From Mantamonas sphyraenae STR306 (lineage: Eukaryota > Protista > CRuMs): 64,000 bases of DNA. Of this stretch, positions 51,779-62,920 are shown in pieces; the stretch's first letter is position 1; the number at the start of each line of letters is the position of its first letter. The stretch lies in NCBI GenBank assembly GCA_026936335.1, contig JAPMXV010000074.1, positions 62,001 to 126,000 of the forward strand, in the 5' to 3' direction. A model generated the notes under the pieces. It saw only the letters and a program-made list of their open reading frames with translations, made no database searches and was not told the DNA's origin. Made by a program: the position numbers and the translations under genes.

Positions 51779-54015
51779 ATGCTGCGCCGTCCGCGGACAG
51801 CAGGGTTCACAAAGGTAACCAGCACAGGTCATACTGTGGCTGCTGTACCTGTGCGTCCTGCCAGCTCGAGGGTGCCCAGCTCCACCCGCTCGGAGCCCGT
51901 GCGATTTGGACGACGTCAAAGCCACACAGGCACCACGAGCACGCGGATTCGCACAAAATCCGCAAAGGCGCGCTCCACACAGTCACAGAGCCCACAGGAG
52001 GACGCAGATGGATTGGCAGACACGCACACATTGTCACAAGTGCGTGTGCGCGAACAGGTGCGCAACGTGCATGTGGGTCAGCAGCTGGCGGCGAGGCGGG
52101 AGTTTCGGCCAACGGCTGGGAAAACGGCAGGGCCAGCACCACGACCCACCACGGCACCGTCACGGTCGCCAGGAATGGGGAGCAGCAAGGAGATGGTGCG
52201 TGTCGGGTTGAAAGGAACAGCGGGCACAGTGGTGCGGTGTGGAAGCAGTCTGGGCATGGTACACGAGCACAAGGACGCCGGAAGCAGCAGCAGCAGCAGC
52301 AGCAGTGGCGGTGGCGGAGGCAGCGGCTCGGGAAGTGGAGGAGAAGAGGATGGAGGCGAAACAAGCACAGGAAGCAGTGGAGGTGGACGAGGAGAGGATG
52401 GCACGGTGTCGAGGGAGGGGCCAAAGGAAGAGATGGAGGAGGAGGAGGAGGATGCGTGGAACGCAGGGGCCAACGTGGGCTCACAGTTGAGCGACTTTGT
52501 GCTGCTGACACAATTGGGGTCGGGAAGCTATGGGACAGTGCACAAGGTGGTATCCCGTTGCAACGGAGGCATTTACGTGCTCAAACAGGTGAGCATCGGG
52601 CATCTGAGTCCGCAGCGGCGTCGAGAAAGCGTGCTGGAAGCGCACATCCTTTCGCGGCTGTCGCACCCAAACATCATCCGGTATTACACGTCGTTTGTGG
52701 AGGACGACGACACTCTGTGCATTGTGACGGAGTATGCCAATGGAGGCGACTTGGAACAGGTGTGCCGGGAGCAGAAGCGAGCTCGCAAGGCGGCGGGTGC
52801 CTCGCAGCACGAGGGGATGGATGAGGACAGACTGTGGCTGTGGTTTTGGCAGTTGGCAGATGCCCTGTCCTACCTTCATGCCAACCAAATCATCCACCAC
52901 GATCTGAAACCCAGCAATGTGTTTGTGACCCACAATGATCTGCTCAAGGTGGGTGATCTTGGCTTTTCCGTCCTCATGAACCACCGACGCTACCTTGCGC
53001 CGTCACACATTGGCACCCCGTTGTACCTGTCACCGGAACAGGTGCAACGTAAGCCGTACAGCTACAAGGTGGATGTGTGGGCGTTGGGGTGCATGATGCA
53101 CTGCCTTGCCACAAACCACCCCCCGTTTCGTGCGCCATCCATGCGCAAACTGTTCCGGTGCATTGTGCGTGACGACCCACCGCCCATCTCGGTGGCCTAT
53201 TCCACACATGTGGCCCAGTGCATTGGTGAGCTCATGTGCAAGTCGCCGTACGATCGTCCGGAAATCGAAACCGTGTGCACATCCTTCTTCACCAACGCAC
53301 AGAAGCTGGAGTTTAGCAAACGCAGACGCGAGTTGATTCTGGAGCAGCAGCACAAGTTTTACGAAAGCACCGCGGCATACCGCAGGCTGCATGGGCGACG
53401 ACCGACCACATCCACCTCGGCGTCCGTGATGTCGTGCTCCTCCTCCTCCACCTCCACCTCATCATCGTCTGCATCCAGTGCAGATACTACACGTGTACGC
53501 ATGATCACCATCAAGCAGAACAAGGACGAGCGTGCGATGCGGAAGGCACTGGGGGACGAGGAGGAGGACGACGACGACGAGGAAGACGTGGATGATACGG
53601 AGGAGGAGGAGGAGAATGACACACCACCATTGTGGCTGAGTACAAAGCCACCCGTGGGCAATCGTCCAATGACGGTGGGTCCCCACTCTCATCGTAGAGT
53701 GGTGCAGGGCAGGCGTGCGTCTGAACAACCGCGGACGACGCACGATCGGTTCAACGTGCAGGGTCGTGTTCACCGGTCACGACCTGTCAGTGCAGTCATT
53801 GCAAGCACATCCACGGCTGCTGCAAGTGGAAGTGGCAGCATCAGCATCAGCATCAACAACACCAATAGCAAGAACAGGAACACCACACACCAAGCGCTGC
53901 CGCAGCGACCATCAGCCATACATCGCTACCACGTCGTCCTCGCAGCAGCAGGGAACGACGCCATCGTGCCACTGTACACGATTTGCTCCTTGTGGCTGGT
54001 GAAAGCAGTGTGTAG
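51779..54015 (+). CDS. NIMA-related (NEK) Ser/Thr kinase; probable frameshift near 53916
   Basis: GSGSYGTV, YVLKQV, LSHPNIIRYYTSF, EYANGGDL, HHDLKPSN, KVGDLG, GTPLYLSPE, PYSYKVDVWALG. End placed at TAG 54013-54015 after -1 correction; the raw ORF runs on to 54244. Confidence 0.85.
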
Positions 54016-54091
54016 GAGCAATGGAAGGAGCAATGCATTTCGTCCCATCCTTCTCCTCCCATCCCATTCCCCCACACATGTCACACATGGG

Positions 54092-57000
54092 TCACTCTTC
54101 TTCTTCTTCCTCGCTGCCAACACTCTGCAGCATGCCTCCCGTGGCATCGTCGTCGTCGTCGTCCAAGTCTTCCACAAAGGCCTCATCCACATCCCATTCC
54201 TCCTCGTCTTCATCCTCTGCGTCGCTGAGGGTGACATTGCGTAGCTCCTGGGTCATCAGTTCTGCCGTGCCTGTGTCCTGTGAAAACGAGTAGCCACGAT
54301 GTTTCTCCACCATGGTGGACATGTTGCGCAACACCATCACCTGGGTGACCATGCGTGCCGCCGTGCGGAAGGAGATGCGCGAACGTGTGCGATCCAACCC
54401 GTCTGCGTGTTGCATCATCTTGGCAGCTACGGCCTCCTCGTCGCCCGTGAGATCGTCCGCCAGCATGCCGTGGCGTTCCATGTACTCGCGCTCACGCAGG
54501 ATGGTGGCAGGGGTGGGGTTGTACAGTGTCTGGTAGCTCTTATAAAGCCACGTGGGCAGCATGGCAATGACTACGGCCAGCACAATGGTCAGGTAGTTGG
54601 CTGGGGTGCTGAACCATTGGTACCCACATAGTACATGTTCTTGTCGTCCAACAGGATGCCCACGGCGGAGTACACGGTGAGGTAGAGCAGCCATGCCACC
54701 ACGGAACCCACAGTGGCAGCCACAGTGTACCAGGTCCACGTGTTGACCTGCAGGGCCAGATAGATGTTGACCACAATGATCACCGTGGTGAAGGAACCCA
54801 CGCCCATTTCCCACAAGCCGTGGTCGCCGGCAGCCTTGGGCACTGTACCCACGGCGTAGTGGCACATAAACACGACACAGGAACACCAGATGCCATTGAG
54901 CAGCCAGGCCACAAAGGTGCGTGTGTTGAAGTGGACGTCGCCCTGGCCCGAAGAAAACACGCGCGGATAGCGCAACACGGTGTGCTTCTCAATGTCCCGA
55001 TCAAACATGGCAACGGCAATGACTGGCAACGACGTGAAGATGACGTTGTACATGGGCAGCACCCACGAGTCGTACAGCGTTTGTCCGCTGAATCCGCTGA
55101 AAAAGGCAAACCAGAACTGGGTCATGCTCAGCGTCATGTTCTTGTAGAAGGAGTAGAGGATGAGAAAGGTGACCCGTTGGTACGAGTAACGGCCGTGGAT
55201 GAGCATCAGTTGCACCAGAAAGCGAAATTGGGCGATGGCATAGTCGCTTGCCAACACGGCCTGCATGCCCTCCTGCCCGCTGATGCCGACGCCAATGTGG
55301 GCCGTTGTGATCATGCTTACGTCATTGGCACCGTCGCCAATGGCCAGTGTGATTGCACTCGTGTTGTCCTTCACCATCGACACAATCTCCGACTTTTGCA
55401 GCGGTGACACGCGGCAACACAGCACCACCTTGCACTGCAACGACAGCTGCAGGAACGGTTCCTTCAGCGACTCGTTCTCCATCACCACACTCAATGTGCG
55501 TCCACCCACAATCAATCCCAACTCGCGATCGTCACGACCCGTGTTGCCACTGCTGCCACTGCTGCCACTGCTGCTGCTGCTGTTGTTTCTGTAGTCACCT
55601 CTCCTGGGTGTGGGAGTCCTGCTGTTGTCATCCTCATCCATCATCTCCTCTCCGTGGCTCTTGGTTTCCTTCACTCCCAGCACACCCGTGCTGTTGCTCC
55701 TCATCGTCGTGGCTTCGTGGGTACCCATCCCTCCGTCGTCCACGCTGTGGACACTCGACAGCGTCATTCCCGACGACACACTCTGCAGCAGCGCCGGAGG
55801 CCCTCCCACCTTGCCGATGCCGTCGTCGCCATCGGACCGCGTGGACGTGTGCACTGTCGATGTCAACGTGTGTCTCCTGGGCTCCTTGCCCTGCTGCTGC
55901 TGCTGTGTGGGGTTTGTCGATGTGTTGCCACTCGTCAATCTGTGGCTACTGCTCCCCACAGGCGACCTGCCGTTGATGATGCGAAACGCATTGTCCAGCT
56001 CGGCACGCACCTCGTGGGTGTTGCCTCCCGCCAGAAGCACAGGACGCACGGAGCTGTCCAGCAGACGTGACGAGTAGCCAATGTTGATGGCAGTGCCCTG
56101 CTTGTCGCCTGTGAGGAGCCACACCTTGACACCGGCCTGTCGCAATTTGTAGATGGCATCCGGCACTCCCTCCTGCAACTTGTCCTCAATGGCAGTGGCC
56201 CCCAGCAGATTGAGCTTGCGTTCGATGATGTCCGCCTGCTCCTCCATGCGCGCCGCCCTGTTTTCCAGGGAAAGGGAGGCCTCCAGATACGCCGCATTCC
56301 AGGCTTCGTACTCCTCTGTGCTCAGGGTGCGGTTGGCCAGGCACAGGGTACGCAGACCCTCGTTGGCAAACAGCTCCAGATGACGTGTCACCGTGTCCAT
56401 TTGGGCCTCGTTGTCATCCGTGGGTGCCAGGCGTTCCATGATCACGTTGTCTGCGCCTTTGCACAGCAATTGCAGGGTCCCGTCGGGCATGCGAACAATC
56501 ACACTCATGCGCTTGCGTGTGCTGTTAAACTCCAACACGTTGAGCAACTCCATGTCCATCTCTTCCCCATGCACCTCCACCGTCACCGTCGTCGGCGACC
56601 GTGCCACAAACTTGAACCCTGCCTTGGCCGCCGCTTCCACCAGCGCCGCCTCGTCGGGCGATGAGGCTTGGTAGACCAGGGCACCCTCCTCATCGGTTTC
56701 AGGCACCACCGTGTGTGAGGTGGCCAGCAGAAAGAGAAAGTCATGCATGCGTTGCGCTGCCTCGGCTGTGTTGTTGCTGTTGCTGGTGGTCGTTCCTTCC
56801 TCCCCCTGCTGCACACGGCTGGCTTTGGCCAGAATGGCCCCGTCAAAGGGCAATACGGGTGAGCCTGCGCCGCCGTGCATGACGTCAAAGAAGTAGGGCA
56901 CCGAGTTGACGGAGCAGCAGGCAAACTCCATGATATTGCGGGTCAGGGTGCCCGTCTTGTCCGAAAACACATAATCCACCTGTCCCAACTCTTCACTCAG

Positions 57001-57448
57001 GTTGCTTGTGCGTGCTTTGGCCGGCGTGTCGCTCTCCTCGTCGTACATGTCCAGATCCGAGTTCATCATCAGCGCGTGACCCACCTTGACCATTTCCATG
57101 GTCACGTACAGTGAAATGGGCACCATGACGTTGAAGAGAATAATAAAGGTGAGCACAGAGAGCGCGCCCTCTGCTGCCACGTCCAGGGTGGCCGGCAACC
57201 TCAGATACGTTGCCGTGCCTGCGTTCTGTGCCAACCACACGCCACTCAGGATGCCACACACCACACACAGCGAGAACAGGAACCCAAAGATCAGCAGGAT
57301 CATGCGGTTCATCAGACGTTCCACATGGCTCAGCTTCGAGGGTGTTTCTCTGTGAAGGGGAGATGCCAAGGGAGGGAATCAGGGGAATTAGGCAGAAACA
57401 ACGGAGCAGGGTGAGTATGATACAAGGGTGACGATGACCCAAGGCAAA

Positions 57449-57488
<40 letters not shown>

Positions 57489-59083
57489 ACGTTGAATTCA
57501 TCATGAGCTTGGTGTCGTGGCCTGTGTTCAACACCAGTGCGTATGCCCATTTGGTGTTCTTGAGGATGCATCCACGCAGAACTGTCTGTTTCAGGTCGAT
57601 GGGATACTTGCGCTTTGTGTTTTGCAGGTGCAGCGATCCTTCAAACGCATACAGTTCCGGATTGGGATGTTCCATCTGCACCTCCCCCTTCAGCTTGGCG
57701 CAGTCCTTACCACTGCGCACTATCTTGTTCACATCGGGTATGCTCTGCCTGATCTTGAGATTGGTCTCGCTGTGTGGTGCGCGTGCGTGCGTGTGTGTAC
57801 GGTGCACAGGGCGCCGTACAAGGGCGCGCATGTGACGCAGGTCAGCAAAAGCTTCCCAAGCCACGTCTGGAAAAATGGAAAAACAACGACGCAGCACACG
57901 TACCCGTCCAGGTTCATGGTTTCGATGTAGCAGATGCCCCCGGCTTCACTGGTGCTAAGGAGGAGCACATCTGCGGGGAACTGGGTGCAGTGCGATGCCA
58001 CGGGGTGGGGCAGGGGGTAAGAACCAGAGAAAAATCGGGAGAATTTTGCCGAGACATCTCCTCTCCACGCAACTCACCTGCTGCTTGTTCTTGAGTTTGA
58101 GAATGTCTCCCACCTCGATGTTGCCCCAACATGAGGAGTAGAAGCGTTCGCCTCGAAGAATCTGTGTCTTGCGGTTGTTGATGTCCTGGTCGGATTGGTG
58201 GCGGTGCTGTGTGTGTGTGTGTGTGTGTCAGCCACTTGTCAGACGAGGACAAGGACAGGGCAAAGGGACGGGAAGGGGGGACTCCCACAAACGCACATAG
58301 TCCTCCACAGCCTCCTTGCCAGCACTTATGGAGAGGACGAGAACGAGCGGGAGGATGGATGTGATGGGGTTGACGGGGGAGATGATGGAGAAGGATTGCA
58401 TGATGGCAATGGCCAGGAAGTAGGTGTTTGCCACACGTCGGAACTGTTCAAAGAGGTTGCGAAACAGAAAGTTGAACTTGGTGTACTTGCTGGTGATGAT
58501 GATGTTGGAACAGAAGCCTCGTTCGAGGTTGGCGGGAAGGTCGTTCAGAGTGACCCTGCGCGGTGTGTTCTGCGTGCGAGTGTGTTGGGCACCAGTGTGA
58601 GTGAGAGAGGACACAGAGAGAGCAGCAAGGCGTGGGGTGCGATGGACAGGGTCCATGGCATGTCCGTGGACAATAGGGGATGGTGTGAAGGTGGGTGTGG
58701 GTTGGAGGAGGGGCGTGCAAAGGACGGCGGGCGAAACAACGGGGGGCAGGGATTGCGAGCAACGGGCACAAACGCACGTGTTCGGACGACGCCTGCGTGG
58801 TGGGTTGGCTGCCAGGTTGGACGCGAGTGGATCGTTTGGTGAGACGTTCACGAAGGCCCATGCCACTGTTTTGGTGACGGCGCTTGGCAGCCACAGCCCG
58901 ACTATGGCGGCGTTTTTCATGGTGCAACACAAGATCGTCCTTGGACTGAGGCAGGTGGCCGCCATCTTCTTCGTTGGCACGCGCCTTTTTGGCTTCCTCG
59001 TCCTCCCGCGTGGGTGCTAGCACCGGCGATGCGGACGCAGGCAGGGGACTGATGGGTGAGAGCACACTGTCGTCCTTCTCCAT
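54092..59083 (-). CDS. P4-ATPase phospholipid flippase (DRS2/ATP8A-like), several 5' introns, frameshift near 54624
   Basis: NIIITSKYT...LFEQFRRVANTYFL, CYIETMNLDG|ETNLK, VPISLYVTME, DKTGTLT, SPDEAALV, LTGDKQGTA, CCRVSPLQK, IGDGANDV, YSFYKN. Confidence 0.94.
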
Positions 59084-59285
59084 GGTCAGTCAAACACACA
59101 ACAGGAGCCTCCTTCGCCGCTTTTGTTTGGCAGCAAACGCGCTCACGTTTTGGTCTGCACACTCGCTTCATTCGACCATGGAACATAGCGAGGGATGGTA
59201 CTGTGTGTGTGGATGTGACACACGGAGGGGGGGTGGATGGTGATGGTGATGGTGATGGTGATGATTCGCGGTGGGAGGCAACGAG

Positions 59286-62200
59286 ATGGAAACGCACGTG
59301 CCGCGATTGACGGTGATTGAGGAGACTGGGGAGGAGGAAGAGGAAGAGGTGGTGGAGGTGGATGTGCAGGAGGAGGAGGAGGAGGAGGAAGGGAAGAAGA
59401 AGCAAGAGGTGGATGGGGCTGGTGGTGGTGGTGAGGAAGCCAAGGCAACACCAGCCGCCGCCGCCGCCTCGGCTTCGTCGCCGGTGGTGATGATTCCGCT
59501 GAGGGGGAACGTTGCCCTGGGTGCAAGGAGAGAGCCAGAGGCACAGAGGAGGAGAAAGGAAGAGCAGCAGGAACAGACACAGAGGATGCAGGGCCCAGGG
59601 TCCAGGGCGGGCGGAACACGGGGTCGCAACGAGAAAAGTCCGTTGGGGCTGACGCTTGCCGGGGCCAAGTACGGCCTGTTTACGGCATCGCCAGGAGGCA
59701 ATGTGCAGGTGGCGGCGGCATGGACACCAAGGAACCAGTTGAGCACGTCGGCGTGGGTGGACAGTGAGGCAGGGGAGCGGGAACGAGCATTGGCGGCGTT
59801 GTTGGAAACCAAGGCTCGGCAAAGGGCAGCGGCGGCGGAGAAGGAACGGAACGAGAACGGAGGAGGAGCATCATCATCATCATCATCATCATCATCGGGA
59901 CACTCTTCAGCACGTGGTATAGCACGTGCTCATGGACGCAAGCGACCGCAGAGTGCACGTCCTGTGCTGCAGGGCGGAGGGGCGGGAGGAAGAGCCACGA
60001 GGGCGGCGGCGGCGGATGATGCCTCGTTGATGTCCGTGAGGCCCATCAAACCAAGCACACAGAGGAAACGAAGGCCCATGACGGCACGTCCACAGGGACG
60101 ACGAGGCAGACGCAAGTCATCGGGGGCAAACAGACGCAGTGATGGTGATAATGAGGAAGATGAGGAGGAGGAGGATGGGTATGGAGGGTTGCTGGACGAG
60201 GAAGAGGCGCAACTGGCCAAAATCCGACGGAATCTGTTTGGGAACGAAACGGGACGGACACGCGGGGCATCGCGAGTGTCGAATCCCATCCATTTGCGAC
60301 TGCCGGAAGGGATTAGTGAACGGATGGCGGAGTACCAGAAGCAGTTGCGGAAGGACAGCGAGGGGGACAACAAGTTGCTGTTGACGGTGTTGCAGGAACG
60401 TGTGCGTGCACAGCGTCGTTCGTTGCTCAAGCGCAAGAGTGCCCTGGAGGAAATTGCCACCCGTTTCGATGCGTTTTCCTTTCTGTACGAAGGGGACCGT
60501 GTGGCGAAGCAGGAGCTGCTGGGCCAGAATGCACGACACCAACAACGCATTGGCACGCTTCAACAGGCCCTCAAGGAGCAACAGAGTGCCATGGAGGAGT
60601 TGCACGTCATGGTGTACCACATGACAGAGGCGGTGTGGATGTGCGACAGCGAACTGCGGGACAGCCAAGTCGAAGCCGCCTTTCTGGGCGAACAGACACG
60701 ACGACAGGCCACGCAGCTGGCATGGCAACGTACCCAGTTGGCACAACAGGACAAACGGATGCAGGAGATGCAAGCACAGGTGTTGGAGGCACAACAAAGG
60801 GCGGCAAGTCTGGCAGAGATCAGTTTGGAGGCGGTGGAACGTGAACGGCAGGTGAAACGCACCATGGTGGGGGAGACCAGCAGGGCATTGATGGCACAGG
60901 ACAGCTTGCAGAGCCAATTGGAGTTTGTGAGGGGGGAGTTGGGTAGGTGGCGACAGGCGGCGCAGGACAGCGAACGGAAACTCAAGGTGGCGTACAACAC
61001 AGTGCGCGCGCGTGAACGGGAACTGGAGGAGGCACAGAGCAAGGCGGAGAGCGATGGGGAACGCATGCGTGTGATGCAGTCGGACCTGGAGGGGTTGCGT
61101 GAGGAGGTGAATCGGGTGCGCATCACCACGGGCAGCAAGACGAGGCAGGAGATGCACAGCAAGGTGAAGGAGTTGGAAGATCGGTACAGGGGCAAGGTGG
61201 AGGAGTTGGGAGGACGTGTGAAAACCCTGCAGGGGCGTGTGCACCAGTGGCAATCTGCGTACGAGCAACAGAAACGGGAGACCACGGAGGTGGTGGCACA
61301 GCTGGAACACGCACAGGAGGCGTTGCGGCACAAGACACGCGAGAGTCTGGAGGCCAAACAGCACGTGACGGAGCTGCAGGAGGAGGTGGAACGGCAGGAG
61401 AAGCTGTTGGGGCTGGTGGAACAGCGGGAGAATGACATGCTCATGCACAGCGCACGCAGGGACACCCTTCTGGAAGGATTGCGTGCAGAGGTGCAAGCCA
61501 GCCAGGACGCACTGGCACAGGAGAGGGAGAAACACGCAGTGGAGCTGAACGAGGCGCAGGTGTTGGCACGCGATGTGCAGCAGGCACTCAAGGTGGCCGA
61601 GTGGGAACACGACAAGGCGACCAAGGCCCTGGAGGCACAAAAGATGGAACTGCGTCTGGAGCTCAACGCACACATCGAGCGTCTGGAGATGGAACTGAGC
61701 GAGGCGCAGAAGCATCTGGAAGCGTTGCCGCGACAGATGCAGGGACAGGTGGACAAGCTGCAGGAGGCGTTGGAGAAGCAGGGACGGGATTTGAAACGCG
61801 AACGAGAGTACTCGTATGCACTGCGCATGGATCTGAGCAAGACGGGTTACCAGTACCATCACGATCGTGTGAAGCTGGTGGAACAGGAGCGAGAGATGCA
61901 CAGTGCCATTGCCAAGCTGGTGGCTGCAGAGGAGGCGAGTGTCACGGATTTCACGTGTTTGGGATGCATGCAACTGTTCCACGACCCGGTCATGTATGCA
62001 CCGTGTGGCCACACGGCGTGTGCTGATTGCAACCGCAAGCGTGGCCTCCGTGGCGACTGTGGCGAGTGTGGACGCGAGGTGGAAATGGCACTGCCCAATG
62101 TGCATCTGGATGCGGCCGTGAGCAAGTATGTGTTCAAGGAACAGGCCACGGCGAGGCTGAAGGAGTGGCACGCGTCGTTTGAAGACGGATCCGGAGGCAT

Positions 62201-62840
62201 CTCACACCAGGCGGCGGTGGATGCACGGGAGGAGTTGGAAGACTTGGACGGCGACGACCTGTCGGACGACGAAGGGGTGCGCAACGCACGTGCGCGACTG
62301 CGCAAGATCCAACGGCAGGCGAGGGAGAAGGAGAGGGCACGGGAGAGGGAACGGGCAAAGGCACGTGGCAAGGCGGCAGTGTCGGAGGATGGAGAGTCAG
62401 AGGCAGGGGACAAGGACAAGGACAAGGAGGAGGAGGAGAGGGCCAAGGAGGAGGATTTGTTGGGATTGCGCAGCGATTCGGATTCCGGATTCAAGTTGGA
62501 CGTGATGCAACAGTTCAAGGCCATTGTGTACATGCAGGGCGACCTCATCATCCGCGAGGGAGACGTGGGCTCGGAACTGTTCTATCTGACGATGGGCACA
62601 GTCGAAGCCATCAATGGCCAGGGCCAGGTGCTGGCTGTGATGGAGGAGGGGGCCTTCTTTGGCGAAATCGCCCTTTTGTTCGAGACAAGGCGCACCGTGA
62701 GTGTGCGTGCAAAGACCATGTGTACCTGCTTCTCTCTCAGCAGGGAGGCTTTCAACAGCGTGCTTGCCAAGTATCCCGACGAGAAGCGACGGATTGAAAA
62801 GGTGGCCAGGAAGCGGTTCAAGCACATGTACACGGACTGA
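59286..62840 (+). CDS. Coiled-coil protein with C3HC4 RING finger and C-terminal cyclic-nucleotide-binding domain
   Basis: Single uninterrupted ORF; long E/Q/R-rich heptad region; RING CLGC...PCGHTACADC...CGEC (~61956-62069); cNMP domain IIREGDVGSELFYL..G.V...GAFFGEIALLFETRRTVSVRA. Confidence 0.82.
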   Translation: METHVPRLTVIEETGEEEEEEVVEVDVQEEEEEEEGKKKQEVDGAGGGGEEAKATPAAAAASASSPVVMIPLRGNVALGARREPEAQRRRKEEQQEQTQRMQGPGSRAGGTRGRNEKSPLGLTLAGAKYGLFTASPGGNVQVAAAWTPRNQLSTSAWVDSEAGERERALAALLETKARQRAAAAEKERNENGGGASSSSSSSSSGHSSARGIARAHGRKRPQSARPVLQGGGAGGRATRAAAADDASLMSVRPIKPSTQRKRRPMTARPQGRRGRRKSSGANRRSDGDNEEDEEEEDGYGGLLDEEEAQLAKIRRNLFGNETGRTRGASRVSNPIHLRLPEGISERMAEYQKQLRKDSEGDNKLLLTVLQERVRAQRRSLLKRKSALEEIATRFDAFSFLYEGDRVAKQELLGQNARHQQRIGTLQQALKEQQSAMEELHVMVYHMTEAVWMCDSELRDSQVEAAFLGEQTRRQATQLAWQRTQLAQQDKRMQEMQAQVLEAQQRAASLAEISLEAVERERQVKRTMVGETSRALMAQDSLQSQLEFVRGELGRWRQAAQDSERKLKVAYNTVRARERELEEAQSKAESDGERMRVMQSDLEGLREEVNRVRITTGSKTRQEMHSKVKELEDRYRGKVEELGGRVKTLQGRVHQWQSAYEQQKRETTEVVAQLEHAQEALRHKTRESLEAKQHVTELQEEVERQEKLLGLVEQRENDMLMHSARRDTLLEGLRAEVQASQDALAQEREKHAVELNEAQVLARDVQQALKVAEWEHDKATKALEAQKMELRLELNAHIERLEMELSEAQKHLEALPRQMQGQVDKLQEALEKQGRDLKREREYSYALRMDLSKTGYQYHHDRVKLVEQEREMHSAIAKLVAAEEASVTDFTCLGCMQLFHDPVMYAPCGHTACADCNRKRGLRGDCGECGREVEMALPNVHLDAAVSKYVFKEQATARLKEWHASFEDGSGGISHQAAVDAREELEDLDGDDLSDDEGVRNARARLRKIQRQAREKERARERERAKARGKAAVSEDGESEAGDKDKDKEEEERAKEEDLLGLRSDSDSGFKLDVMQQFKAIVYMQGDLIIREGDVGSELFYLTMGTVEAINGQGQVLAVMEEGAFFGEIALLFETRRTVSVRAKTMCTCFSLSREAFNSVLAKYPDEKRRIEKVARKRFKHMYTD

Positions 62841-62920
62841 GATGGGAGGAGGAGGTGGGGGTGGGGGTGATGGCGTGGGGTGCAGTGCACAATGCAGTGC
62901 AACAACAACAACAACAATAG

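Noticed and set aside
54016-54244. Apparent coding overlap between NEK and P4-ATPase 3' ends
   Set aside because: The NEK tail past ~53916 reads as out-of-frame sequence; a one-base correction ends it at 54015, before the ATPase stop.
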